Under the pieces are notes generated by a model. It ran no database searches. It was not told where the DNA came from and saw only the letters and a list, made by a program, of their open reading frames with translations. Shown piece by piece: positions 31,626 to 40,657 of a DNA stretch of 49,811 bases. The position numbers and the translations under genes are program-made. The DNA is from a virus. Lineage: Duplodnaviria; Heunggongvirae; Uroviricota; Caudoviricetes. The DNA lies in the IMG/VR virus record IMGVR_UViG_2579779084_000010; one strand, 5' to 3'. Each line of letters starts with the position of its first letter. Position 1 is the first letter of the stretch.

Positions 31626-32119
31626 TACTCCTCCTGCTGTAATTCCTCCTCATCATCCGCACCTGCTTCAGTCACCCGCAGGGCTATCTGATCGCGCAGA
31701 TCATCAATAATGGACTGAACACGGCTCACAGCGGCAGGCTGCAGACCGCAGTCACGTTCCAGAATATCCGGTAATGTCTCCAGCACCTGCACGACCGCTT
31801 TTGCCCAGATGGCAAACTCCCGTCTGACATCACTGGCCGGAATGAGTTGTGCCGTTTCCTGTTCGAACTTAAGACGCTCACGTTCAGACTGATACCAGGC
31901 TTTGCGCTCATGCGCGTCCATTTCGCCTTCTGCAACCGGCGGTGGCAATGCCAGAAATGCCGACACAATATCAACCACCCGATAAAGCTTGAGGTTGCTT
32001 TCATGCCCCCCTGCAACGGGTAGATTTTGCAGCCTTGCCGCAGCAGTCTGGCGATGTACACCTGACAGTGCCGCCAGTTGACTGATATTCAGCGTCAGAT
32101 TTTTTAACTCTCGATCCAT
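31625..32119 (-). CDS. Terminase small subunit (Nu1-like)
   Basis: 164 aa with N-terminal winged-HTH-like region (LNISQLAALSGVHRQTAAARL) and acidic C-terminus; immediately upstream of the large subunit. Confidence 0.65.
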   Translation of the reverse strand: MDRELKNLTLNISQLAALSGVHRQTAAARLQNLPVAGGHESNLKLYRVVDIVSAFLALPPPVAEGEMDAHERKAWYQSERERLKFEQETAQLIPASDVRREFAIWAKAVVQVLETLPDILERDCGLQPAAVSRVQSIIDDLRDQIALRVTEAGADDEEELQQEE

Positions 32120-32671
32120 ACCCGCTCCAGAATGTTTTAAACATGCATCTTGCGAACAACTTTAGGCAAACGGTGTTAGTGATGAACAAAAAACAATCAA
32201 AATCGACACCATAAAAATAAAACAACTGTAATATCAATCTATTACAGTGGTGGTGATGACGAATGAAATTTCAAAAACTAGCCTTTTTCCGCGATGCTCC
32301 CGCCCCGTGGCAGGGCCCCTCACTGGTAGGACCCGACAGCCTGACAACCGTGACGAGCATCTGAAACAGAGCTTTACATAATGGCATGGGGATAATTCAG
32401 AAGGACATCACAGCATGCCCACACAAATTAGTGTGAGTGTCCTGTTTCTTACTACGCGCAGGACTGACGAGCATGAGGGGAAAATACGAGAACCGAAATG
32501 CCTTATCTTCAGAAATGCAGCCAGCATCCGAACTGGACGATATTGTAAATTCACCTAAATACGAGGCATTGCTGTAGTTGAATTACAGTACTGTATTAGC
32601 CTGACAGTGACAGAATACGATATTGACTCTGTCACTTGTGAAATGGTCAGAATGGTTAGCAGTTATGGTGA

Positions 32672-32878
32672 TCAATCAACCACCAGGGAATAATCCTTCG
32701 TATTCTTATCGTGCTTCACTAACGCTGCCTCAATTGCCCTGAATGCTTCCAGAGATACTTGATGTTCTATACATGCAATTATAACATCCGGGTAACTCAT
32801 CGAAATGGTGCTATTAAGCATAGTTTTTACACGAACCTGCTCTTGGGAGGGGGCCTCAGTACATTGATCTTTATGCAT
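32672..32878 (-). CDS. Hypothetical small protein (moron region between cos and lysis genes)
   Basis: 68 aa ORF, no recognisable motif; the real start may be the internal Met. Confidence 0.2.
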   Translation of the reverse strand: MHKDQCTEAPSQEQVRVKTMLNSTISMSYPDVIIACIEHQVSLEAFRAIEAALVKHDKNTKDYSLVVD

Positions 32879-33135
32879 TTTGTCGCTCCATGCGTTTGTT
32901 CTTCACTTGTCGCTAAAAATATAACTTCAAATCTTTGAGCGTGGAAGTGTGGAAGTCACTGCGCGTTGATCTTGCATACATCGGTCGTTTGTTTCCCCCC
33001 TGGCATATCAGAAAAACCAGGTTTTATAGCGGAATCAATACTATGTATTTTCCACCTGACTTTTGACATAAATCATCAATAAAACATATAAAGGTCAGAC
33101 CAGATTGAAACGATAAAAACGATCTTGCAAACTAC

Positions 33136-33576
33136 GTGCCCTCATACCATATGGAAGGTTTATCTATGGATCAGGTAGTCATTTTTAAACAAATATTTGA
33201 TAAAGTTCGAAACGATTTAAACTATCAATGGTTTTATTCTGAGCTAAAACGTCACAATGTCTCACATTACATTTACTATTTAGCTACAGATAATGTTCAT
33301 ATTGTATTAAAAAATGATAATACAGTGTTATTAAAGGGCCTAAAAAACATTGTGTCTGTCAAATTTTCAAAGGATAGGCATCTTATAGAAACGACCTCTA
33401 ATAAGCTGAAATCCAGTGAGATCACATTTCAGGAATACAGAAGAAACCTTGCTAAAGCAGGAGTTTTTCGGTGGGTTACAAATATCCACGAACAAAAAAG
33501 ATATTACTATACCTTTGATAATTCATTACTCTTTACTGAAAACATACAGAGCACATCACAAATATTTCCACACTAA
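33136..33576 (+). CDS. Hypothetical protein on the opposite strand to the late operon, possibly YdfO/YbcV-like (DUF1398)
   Basis: 146 aa, AT-rich, Lys/Asn-rich; family guess is from position (equivalent to ydfO in Qin) and size, not from sequence recall. Confidence 0.3.
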   Translation: MPSYHMEGLSMDQVVIFKQIFDKVRNDLNYQWFYSELKRHNVSHYIYYLATDNVHIVLKNDNTVLLKGLKNIVSVKFSKDRHLIETTSNKLKSSEITFQEYRRNLAKAGVFRWVTNIHEQKRYYYTFDNSLLFTENIQSTSQIFPH

Positions 33577-33895
33577 ACCATAACGTCCGGTTTTTTCTAC
33601 CCCAGCACCGGACTGGCTGACATAAAGAGCAACCCCACGTTAAGTTGACGCGTTAATAACCCGGTGTACATCGTTTTTGATTATTCCCCCACACTCGCGC
33701 AGAAGGAGTTCCGCGTCAGGCTACAGTCATAATTAATGCAAGAGTACAGCGACGATACAGCGCACAGAAATAAATCAGGTATCCATTGACTTCACAAAGA
33801 CGGTGCATAGCATCGACAGGAGTAATTGCGTAAATTGAACTCTTGGCACACTTTAGCCACCGGCGAATCTTCAGCGGATTATCCTTGGCCGGTTT

Positions 33896-34360
33896 TTATC
33901 TGAGGCATTGCTCTCGAATGTATAGCTGTGCCCCTTCAAGTTGTTTTTGCATTATTATCAGTCGCGCTCTGAGGGTGAAATAATCCCGTTCAGCGGTGTC
34001 TGCCAGTCGGGGGGAGGCTGCATTATCCACGCCGGAGGCGGTGGTGGCTTCACGCACTGACTGACAGACTGCTTTGATGTGCAACCGACGACGACCAGCG
34101 GCAACATCATCACGCAGAGCATCATTTTCAGCTTTCGCATCAGCTAACTCCTTCGTGTATTTTGCATCGAGCGCAGCAACATCACGCTGACGCATCTGCA
34201 TGTCAGTAATTGCCGCGTTCGCCAGCTTCAGTTCTCTGACATTTTTGTCGCGCTGGGCTTTGTAGGTAATGGCGTTATCACGGTAATGATTCAGCCCCAG
34301 ACTAAGCGCACCACAGGCCGCCAGCAGGGCAATGATGACCACGCACAGTACGCGGTTCAT
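33896..34360 (-). CDS. Rz inner-membrane spanin subunit
   Basis: 154 aa; N-terminal TM helix ([16 protein letters not shown]), coiled-coil periplasmic region; contains the embedded Rz1 frame. Confidence 0.75.
   Translation of the reverse strand: MNRVLCVVIIALLAACGALSLGLNHYRDNAITYKAQRDKNVRELKLANAAITDMQMRQRDVAALDAKYTKELADAKAENDALRDDVAAGRRRLHIKAVCQSVREATTASGVDNAASPRLADTAERDYFTLRARLIIMQKQLEGAQLYIREQCLR
33958..34140 (-). CDS. Rz1 outer-membrane lipoprotein spanin subunit, embedded in Rz in the +1 frame
   Basis: 60 aa; lipobox LVVVGC, proline-rich mature part ([15 protein letters not shown]). Confidence 0.7.
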   Translation of the reverse strand: MRKLKMMLCVMMLPLVVVGCTSKQSVSQCVKPPPPPAWIMQPPPDWQTPLNGIISPSERD

Positions 34361-34361
34361 T

Positions 34362-34460
34362 TCACCACCAGCGTATCTGACCGATGAAATAACCGGAGGC
34401 CATAATCACAAACACCAGCCAGATAAGAATGAACTTCCAGGTGGATAATTTTTCAGCCAT
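34362..34460 (-). CDS. Small hydrophobic peptide between endolysin and Rz (32 aa)
   Basis: [32 protein letters not shown]; GGGAGA about 8 nt upstream of the ATG; stop overlaps the Rz start. Confidence 0.2.
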   Translation of the reverse strand: MAEKLSTWKFILIWLVFVIMASGYFIGQIRWW

Positions 34461-34658
34461 CACTCGAATCTCCCGAATCAGTTTGCTAAAATCAAACACA
34501 CTTTCTCCTTTGACTTTTCCGGAGTCAGGAAACACAAAACCCCGCTTGGTGCCAACAAACGGGGTTTTTACTTTTATTCACTTACGTTTCGCCAGTTCGC
34601 AGGATTTCATGTTATCCGCCCGCGTGGCCATGCCTTATTTTTCAGCAAAATATTCTGC

Positions 34659-35192
34659 TTATCTGTCGATACCCCAGCACGCCAGCGCGCTCTCCTGGTC
34701 ACGACGGGATACCTGACCGTAGCAGTTGTTTGAACGAATACGGCAGTCTCTGCCACCGTCCTTAATCCACCAGCGAATCGCCTCACACGCTCCCCTGCGA
34801 TCACCTGCATTAATTCGTTTATAAAACGTCGACGGGAAACACTTACTGGGACCAATGTTGTACGGACAGAATGACGCGATCCCCGCTTTCTGGGGTTCGC
34901 TCAATGGCACTTTGATGTTTTTCTCCACCCATGCCAGCGCCTTATCACGCTCAATGGCGTTGACCTGGTCGCATTTTTCCTTCGACAGTTTCATACCGGG
35001 AAAAACGGGTTTTCCATCCACCATCGTGGCCCCCCGACAGATGGTCCAGATGCCGAAACCATCGCGGTATGCCGTTGTGTGGTTACCCTCTTTTTCGTCC
35101 AGAAACTGGTCAAGTATCTGAGGAGCAGACGCGCCTGCAGCAATCAGCGCCAGAACAGCAGCTGACAGGGCGTATTTGATTTTTGCGCTCAT
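34659..35192 (-). CDS. SAR (signal-anchor-release) endolysin, T4-lysozyme-like family
   Basis: 177 aa; N-terminal weakly hydrophobic Ala/Gly-rich SAR segment (YALSAAVLALIAAGASAP) followed by the lysozyme catalytic region (EGNHTTAYRDGFGIWTICRG). Confidence 0.85.
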   Translation of the reverse strand: MSAKIKYALSAAVLALIAAGASAPQILDQFLDEKEGNHTTAYRDGFGIWTICRGATMVDGKPVFPGMKLSKEKCDQVNAIERDKALAWVEKNIKVPLSEPQKAGIASFCPYNIGPSKCFPSTFYKRINAGDRRGACEAIRWWIKDGGRDCRIRSNNCYGQVSRRDQESALACWGIDR

Positions 35193-35247
35193 GGATATTT
35201 ATCAGGATGCTACCAATGAAAGATACCGGAAAGCCAACTGCAAAAAG

Positions 35248-35562
35248 CTAACAACCCGTAATCGAGTTATCAGAACTGTTAATTTTTATGGTATACCGCG
35301 CCTCTGAACAGGGGCGCGTTTCTGGCAACAGCTCGTCCCCTTCACATAACCCGGCAGCAACATCCAGGAAGACCTGTCTGATGCTCCTTCTGGCTGCTGA
35401 CTCATAAAACTCCAGCGCGGCACCTTCAACACGGTCCAGCGAGATGTCCAAGTCAAAAATTTCACCGTCAAAGCGTTTTTTGTCCCGTAACGCTAAAGTT
35501 ACCGTAACTTTATTCTCAAAATTGCGGATCCCTTTCACAATCAGTTCATATTTTTGAGTCAT
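35248..35562 (-). CDS. Hypothetical protein between holin and endolysin (YdfR-like position)
   Basis: 104 aa soluble protein; Qin has a gene of similar size (ydfR) in this slot. Function unknown. Confidence 0.4.
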   Translation of the reverse strand: MTQKYELIVKGIRNFENKVTVTLALRDKKRFDGEIFDLDISLDRVEGAALEFYESAARRSIRQVFLDVAAGLCEGDELLPETRPCSEARYTIKINSSDNSITGC

Positions 35563-35566
35563 TGAA

Positions 35567-35782
35567 TTACTCTCCCCGTGCAGCCTTACGCTTGTCTTCT
35601 TTAATCTTGAAATAAAGGTTTGTCAGGTACGTCAGCAGGCCAAATACCAGGCTACCCAGCACACCTATTGCTGCCCACTGTGAGGGCGTGACTTTATCGA
35701 GCAGCTGTAAAAACCAGTAGCCAGCACTGCCTGCGGAGGTGCCGTAGGCAATGCCTGTTGAAATTTTGTCCATGGATTTCAT
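35567..35782 (-). CDS. Holin, phage 21 S-like pinholin with dual-start motif
   Basis: 71 aa from [26 protein letters not shown]...; two in-frame Mets three codons apart; two TM segments; strong SD GGAGGT upstream; basic C-terminus [11 protein letters not shown]. Confidence 0.8.
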   Translation of the reverse strand: MKSMDKISTGIAYGTSAGSAGYWFLQLLDKVTPSQWAAIGVLGSLVFGLLTYLTNLYFKIKEDKRKAARGE

Positions 35783-36033
35783 AGCCTCACCTCCGCACGG
35801 AACGGATGGCATAGTTATTATGTGTAGGCTTCCAGACACATCAATCAGAGCCATAATTGATATATATGCTGGAGACGATGCAATATAAAAAGCTCGCCGT
35901 AGCGAGCTAATAAAATGTATTTCTCTGATATTATGTTTATTTGTATTAGCTCAGACTTGACATCACAGGTTTCGTATATAGAACATCATCAAATCTGTCA
36001 GTTTGCTATGAATGAGATATAGTAATTGAAGAG

Positions 36034-36429
36034 CTAACCTCGCATGTCAAAGCCAGATTTCTGAAAATCTCTGTAGACTTCCGGATTGTTGAAGGCCGGA
36101 AATTTGGCTTTATGAGCTGCGGACTTTATCGCTTCGCAATAGGCTTTATCACCGTTACTGGTAGATATTTTTAACGCCGTGCCATCCTGAGAGAATTCCA
36201 TATGCAACCTGCATTTTTTCCCTTTCCAGTTATGCGGCTCATCAAGTTTGGCATTAATTGCAGCTCTGATTCCCCGCGCTTGCGCCCCCCATTCATCCTG
36301 ATCATCCCAGCGTCCTGAACTGCAACTACCTGTAGCAGTAGTTTTGTGGCAATCTGAAGGGTGTAAAGGTGTGCATCCCGCAACAAAACCGACCCAAAAA
36401 GTCAACATGACGATTTTCTTTAATCCCAC
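36034..36429 (-). CDS. Lipoprotein with TolA C-terminal (domain III)-like fold, copy 1
   Basis: 131 aa; signal peptide with lipobox-like FVAGC; C-terminal GKKCRLHMEFSQDGTALKISTSNGDKAYCEAIKSAAHKAKFPAFNNPEVYRDF follows the TolA domain III pattern C-x-L-R ... G-D-x-x-x-C ... P-x-P ... VY..F. Confidence 0.6.
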   Translation of the reverse strand: MGLKKIVMLTFWVGFVAGCTPLHPSDCHKTTATGSCSSGRWDDQDEWGAQARGIRAAINAKLDEPHNWKGKKCRLHMEFSQDGTALKISTSNGDKAYCEAIKSAAHKAKFPAFNNPEVYRDFQKSGFDMRG

Positions 36430-36579
36430 TTCTTGCTCCTCAATCCATTAAAATCTCAGCAATAGTAGTTGTTACGTCCGCCACTGGCTCAGAGCTGACT
36501 ATCCGCTAAATTTAGCTCAGTGCCGTAGTTGTGTCAGAACAAACCTAAGCCGAAACCGTTTATTACAAAACAATAAATA

Positions 36580-37008
36580 TCAGGGTTTAAAATCCAGCAC
36601 CCCATTTTGAAATACTTTATATACTTCCGGCGAAGGGGGGGCAGGTATATCAGCATTCTTTATCGCATTCATCGCTTCACGACATAAATCGAGGTCTCCA
36701 CTTTCTCTTTTAACCTCCAGTAGAAGGCCATTCGGGGCCATATGCATTCTCAGTGTACACTCTTTTCCTGAATACTTACTCGCATCCCCGAACTGTTTTT
36801 CGATGGCGCTCTTGATTTGATGGGCATACAGACGGATATCCTCACTAACATCAGAAGTACGTTCAGATGAACTCACATACTGTGTCTCTATTGCTTTATC
36901 GGAGTAATATGATGTACGGTCATGATAATTTGTCGATACAGCATCAGTGCACCCGATAATAATCCCACTAATAATCAACGTAAGAATTGATGCGCTACGA
37001 AAACCCAT
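36580..37008 (-). CDS. Lipoprotein with TolA C-terminal (domain III)-like fold, copy 2
   Basis: 142 aa; lipobox IIGC; C-terminus GKECTLRMHMAPNGLLLEVKRESGDLDLCREAMNAIKNADIPAPPSPEVYKVFQNGVLDFKP closely parallels the C-terminus of E. coli TolA as I recall it. Confidence 0.6.
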   Translation of the reverse strand: MGFRSASILTLIISGIIIGCTDAVSTNYHDRTSYYSDKAIETQYVSSSERTSDVSEDIRLYAHQIKSAIEKQFGDASKYSGKECTLRMHMAPNGLLLEVKRESGDLDLCREAMNAIKNADIPAPPSPEVYKVFQNGVLDFKP

Positions 37009-37541
37009 TTTTCCTCACATATGTCATATAGTAAAGGATTATATATACCGTTGTTTTGGACGCTCAAACAGCGAATCAGATCAAATAAAACGCACATTTG
37101 TTAACATTTACACAAAGTCTGCGTGGGATATTCTGAAAGAATATCCATAATGTGGAGAGAATCTATTGAAGTGCATGGTGCCGGGTGCCTCCCGGTGAAT
37201 TCAGTACCAGCACCTGAATCCGCGATTATCCCATATACCTACTCGCTGATTGCCCCTCCGCACAGGGGGATTCACCATGCCAGTTTCTTTTAACAAACTC
37301 CCCGCAAACCAGACAACAGTCAACCGCCTGAATTGTGAAGTATTTAAAAATTTCTCCCGCTAACTGATACCCGGCTAACAGTCCGGCGTTTTCTTTTTCA
37401 GCAACGGGAAAGCAATAACCACCACACCCGCCACCAGCACACCGTCAGCCAGCACTGACATTATCCGGCTGCTGCAATGCCATTCACAAAAACAGTAAGC
37501 AATAACTTTTTACCGTAACAGGTGATAATCCAGATATGTAT

Positions 37542-37895
37542 CTACCCCAGATGAGTAATCCGAAGTTCATCCATACCACAGGTCCTGGCTATTCTGTTGT
37601 ACTCCTGAACAAGAGCAAATAATTCTGAATTAGCAACCATGAACTCATCGCAAACCCTCTGTATAGCATCACTATTCAGAATAATAACGTCTCTTCCCGA
37701 AAGACGATCAGGAGTACAAAACAAAACTGTCAAACGGCTGAAGGCCTTTGCTCGTGCTGCATTGACTATATCAATACGCTGCCTAAGGATGAAACACCCC
37801 GACGCCTCATCAATATTCACTCTACCCACACCATATGAATGATAAATATTTAATGCTGAAAAAACCATTAGACGGTATAACAAACACTCAATCAA
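37542..37895 (-). CDS. Hypothetical protein (cargo gene downstream of Q and tRNAs)
   Basis: 117 aa ORF in an AT-rich stretch; no recognisable motif. Confidence 0.3.
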   Translation of the reverse strand: MIECLLYRLMVFSALNIYHSYGVGRVNIDEASGCFILRQRIDIVNAARAKAFSRLTVLFCTPDRLSGRDVIILNSDAIQRVCDEFMVANSELFALVQEYNRIARTCGMDELRITHLG

Positions 37896-38005
37896 TACTT
37901 AACAGAACTTTTATTTTTGACAAACATATAATATTTTCAACAAGATCCTGAGCCAGGTATATTTCAGTATAAGGCTCTGCCGGAAGTAATCTGGAAGAAT
38001 GAATA

Positions 38006-38082
38006 TGGCGCGCTGTACTGGATTCGAACCAGTGACCGATTGCTTAGAAGGCAATTGCTCTGTCCGGCTGAGCTAACAACGC
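38006..38082 (-). tRNA. tRNA-Arg (anticodon UCU)
   Basis: Cloverleaf folded by hand: acceptor GCGTTGT/ACAGCGC, D-arm GCTC..GAGC, anticodon stem ATTGC/GCAAT with loop CTTCTAA, T-arm ACTGG-TTCGAAT-CCAGT, 3-prime GCCA. Confidence 0.8.
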
Positions 38083-38182
38083 TGAATACCGATAATGGAC
38101 CGCCATCGGGGACCCGCCCCCGCACCAACAACCCTGTTATCGCGTCGTCTGCTCTTCCTGATAAGCTAATGGCGGTTTGTGA

Positions 38183-38258
38183 TGGTGGCCCTTGCTGGAT
38201 TTGAACCAGCGACCTGGCGATTATGAGTCGCTCGCTCTCACCACTGAGCTAAAGGGCC
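38183..38258 (-). tRNA. tRNA with CAU anticodon (Ile2/lysidine-type by similarity to E. coli ileX, or Met)
   Basis: GGCCCTTTAGCTCAGTGGTGAGAGCGAGCGACTCATAATCGCCAGGTCGCTGGTTCAAATCCAGCAAGGGCCACCA on the minus strand; anticodon loop CTCATAA. Confidence 0.8.
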
Positions 38259-38295
38259 GTGAGCAGAATAATAACGGTCCGTAATTAATTCCGCA

Positions 38296-38320
38296 ATAAA
38301 AAACCCGCTCGGCGGCGGGT
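38296..38320 (-). terminator. tR-prime-like intrinsic terminator downstream of the late promoter
   Basis: Minus-strand AACCCGCCGCCGAGCGGGTTTTTTATTG: GC stem followed by a T7 run. Confidence 0.7.
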
Positions 38321-38368
38321 TGTAGAAACTCTTCTAACGTCAGGCATAAAAAGCCCATCGTTATGACG

Positions 38369-38396
38369 AATTTACCACAGATTCCGGAAAAATCAA
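38369..38396 (-). promoter_or_regulatory. Late promoter, pR-prime-like (Q-dependent antitermination start region)
   Basis: Minus-strand TTGATT, 16-bp spacer, TAAATT; same -35/-10 character as lambda pR-prime; immediately downstream of Q and upstream of the terminator. Confidence 0.6.
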
Positions 38397-38401
38397 CCTT
38401 G

Positions 38402-39223
38402 TTACCTAGTTACCTTTTTTAACTGCCGCTCAGCCCATGCTTCTTCAATATCAAACCGGGTCACCAGCGCATCATAGAATTTCTTAACTGTTTTTTCCCA
38501 TGACGCGCGTGTTATCTGGTTTGTCACCTCGCATATAGCATTAAATGCCTCCGTTGATGGTAGTCTTTCATAGCCACGACCACCACAACGCTGGCAGTCT
38601 CTGATAACAGGCATACCACGTTTTACCGACTCTTCACGGTGAATGGCGACACCACGCCCACGGCAATCCTTACAGGCGGTGGAAACCTCACCCTTTCCGC
38701 CACACTCCGGACAGGCAACTTTTACCACCTCCCTGACTTTTTTCCATTCTTCCCAGTAAGACGGATACACACCTTTCGTACACTTTGCCCATACCGGCGG
38801 CTTACCATCCGGATACTGGACCTTGTTTGTAAAAACTACGCTTTCAATAAATTTTTCCCCATAGCAACAAGGGCACTGCTTTTTACTCGCTGCGCTGCGG
38901 GCATAATCCTCAAAAGCGTACGAAGCCATAATGCGCATCACTACCGGTTTTATTTCTGCCGGAAGTTTTCTCAACGCCGCCACACGATCGCACCGACTGA
39001 GTGCATAATCTGCCAGTAATTCTGTTGCCCGCGCCCTGTCATTCATACTGATGCCCATTTTCCCCAGGAACGCAGAAAACCCCATCTCAGCCCGATTCTG
39101 TGTCATGCCCTGCGCGGCCATCACATCAGTGATACTCAGCGCATCTTTTGACGTTGAGGCCGATGCATCGGTCAGGCAAGGGGATTTTGGGGAGTAGTAT
39201 TTCGGTAAATCTTCCAGTTTCAT
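38402..39223 (-). CDS. Late gene antiterminator Q (Qin/phage-21-type, Cys-rich)
   Basis: 273 aa with multiple CxxC pairs (CPCC, CPECGGKG, CKDCRGRG, CQRCGGRG); position between rusA and pR-prime/lysis genes. Confidence 0.75.
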   Translation of the reverse strand: MKLEDLPKYYSPKSPCLTDASASTSKDALSITDVMAAQGMTQNRAEMGFSAFLGKMGISMNDRARATELLADYALSRCDRVAALRKLPAEIKPVVMRIMASYAFEDYARSAASKKQCPCCYGEKFIESVVFTNKVQYPDGKPPVWAKCTKGVYPSYWEEWKKVREVVKVACPECGGKGEVSTACKDCRGRGVAIHREESVKRGMPVIRDCQRCGGRGYERLPSTEAFNAICEVTNQITRASWEKTVKKFYDALVTRFDIEEAWAERQLKKVTR

Positions 39224-39594
39224 TTTTTGACCTGCTCTTCATGCATTATGGGGTAAATCTTCACCCCCAGACGTCCACCAGATACTGGCTGACCACGAAC
39301 GATATTGATTTCATCAAACTGCTCATCGTCCATTAACACTCCCGCATGCGTCAGCGCATCCAGCGGTGCTTTCAGGATATTGTCCAGGTCGCGACGACGC
39401 TTATCCGGTGGCTCTGCAATCACCTTTATCGCCAGCCTTCCGGACAGGCTTAATTTCAGCCGCTGCTGGCGAACAATAAGCGCCACAGCCCGGCGATAAC
39501 GCTTTCCCTCCTCCGAGATAAAATATGTGCTGCCACGGCGTCGCCAGTAAGTGTTCACCGTCGGCGGGTAAGGTAAAACCAAATCTATGAGCAT
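39220..39594 (-). CDS. rusA: Holliday junction resolvase RusA
   Basis: 124 aa; conserved RRRDLDN motif with acidic catalytic residues; nin-region position. Confidence 0.8.
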   Translation of the reverse strand: MLIDLVLPYPPTVNTYWRRRGSTYFISEEGKRYRRAVALIVRQQRLKLSLSGRLAIKVIAEPPDKRRRDLDNILKAPLDALTHAGVLMDDEQFDEINIVRGQPVSGGRLGVKIYPIMHEEQVKK

Positions 39595-39606
39595 CAGTCA
39601 CCTCTT

Positions 39607-40656
39607 TTACCCAAGCACGCCAGTTGCAAAGGCGTGATCAAGAAAACGAAAAATTAAATCAACCTGAGAACCATGCTTTTCTTCGAACGCCAGCGGATCC
39701 GCATGAAGCTCGTTGTGATGCTCCCGACACAGCGGTAGCGTGAAAATATCGTGAGATTTTGTCCCCATTCCGCCCTGACCATGACCAATCAGGTGATGGG
39801 GATCGTCGGCTGGCTTACCACAACACGCACACGGCTGTGTCTTCACCCAGCGAGTGTATTTCTCGTTAACCCAGCGGCGACGTTTAGGTCGTTTCATGAA
39901 AGATTCCGGAGACTCAGGATCAACGGCAATGCTGACCACCGTCTTTTCCTGTGGTGGGTTCTGTTGCTGGTGGGCGTGAGGCAGCGGCGCAAGATTTTTT
40001 GTGCGCTGTTTCAGTATGCTGGTGGCGGTCTGCTCTCCCGGTACGATGTCGCTTTCACGGTACATGGAGCGGATTTTTTCCGCACGCAACCCCAGCGAAC
40101 GACGTAATACCGCTTCCGGTAGCGCGTCCGCCACCTGATTGCGGACCGCCCACCAGGATAATTCAGCCAGAGATAATTCACGCTCCTGCGTACCGCTTAT
40201 TGCGTGACCGATGACGTCAATCATCCATGCTGACAGGTTTTGATGAGCAAGTTGCTCGAGTGATTCGGATGTCTGGTCACGCAGCTGGTTGTCGCAGTGC
40301 CAGCACAACACCATTGCACCGGTACCATAACGGTGAATAACGGTTTCGCTGTGATGATAATCGCCGTGTGGCCACTGGCAGGATTTAATATGGCGCAACA
40401 GCCAGTCAGACAATGCACCAGCACCACCAGCAGCACGAATTACCCGTGCATTACTGAAAAACGGCAGCAATATTTTGTCTTCCACCAGCGGCTGGCGAAC
40501 GGCAGGAACGATCCCGGACGGCAGATTACGCATGCTTTTCGGTTCCGGCTCCACCAGTACCCGGGTATTGTGGAATACCGGCATGGATTCACGGCCCGGC
40601 TTAACGACCACCAGCCCGAGTTCCGGTACCAGAACAGGTCGAAGTAATACCCGCAC
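39607..40656 (-). CDS. DUF968-type nin-region protein with C-terminal Cys/His (HNH-like) motif
   Basis: 349 aa; C-terminal CACCGKPADDPHHLIGHGQGGMGTKSHDIFTLPLCREHHNELH; position equivalent to ydfU in Qin. Confidence 0.6.
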   Translation of the reverse strand: MRVLLRPVLVPELGLVVVKPGRESMPVFHNTRVLVEPEPKSMRNLPSGIVPAVRQPLVEDKILLPFFSNARVIRAAGGAGALSDWLLRHIKSCQWPHGDYHHSETVIHRYGTGAMVLCWHCDNQLRDQTSESLEQLAHQNLSAWMIDVIGHAISGTQERELSLAELSWWAVRNQVADALPEAVLRRSLGLRAEKIRSMYRESDIVPGEQTATSILKQRTKNLAPLPHAHQQQNPPQEKTVVSIAVDPESPESFMKRPKRRRWVNEKYTRWVKTQPCACCGKPADDPHHLIGHGQGGMGTKSHDIFTLPLCREHHNELHADPLAFEEKHGSQVDLIFRFLDHAFATGVLG

Positions 40657-40657
40657 G

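Noticed and set aside
34429-34716. 95-aa plus-strand ORF between Rz and the endolysin
   Set aside because: It is antisense to the late operon, overlaps the endolysin 3-prime end and the better-supported small minus-strand ORF, and has no start-site signals.
38090-38180. Possible third tRNA between the two tRNA genes, as in the three-tRNA cluster of Stx phages
   Set aside because: The stretch could not be folded into a cloverleaf by eye (no T-loop GTTCGAAT-like motif, no matching acceptor stem).
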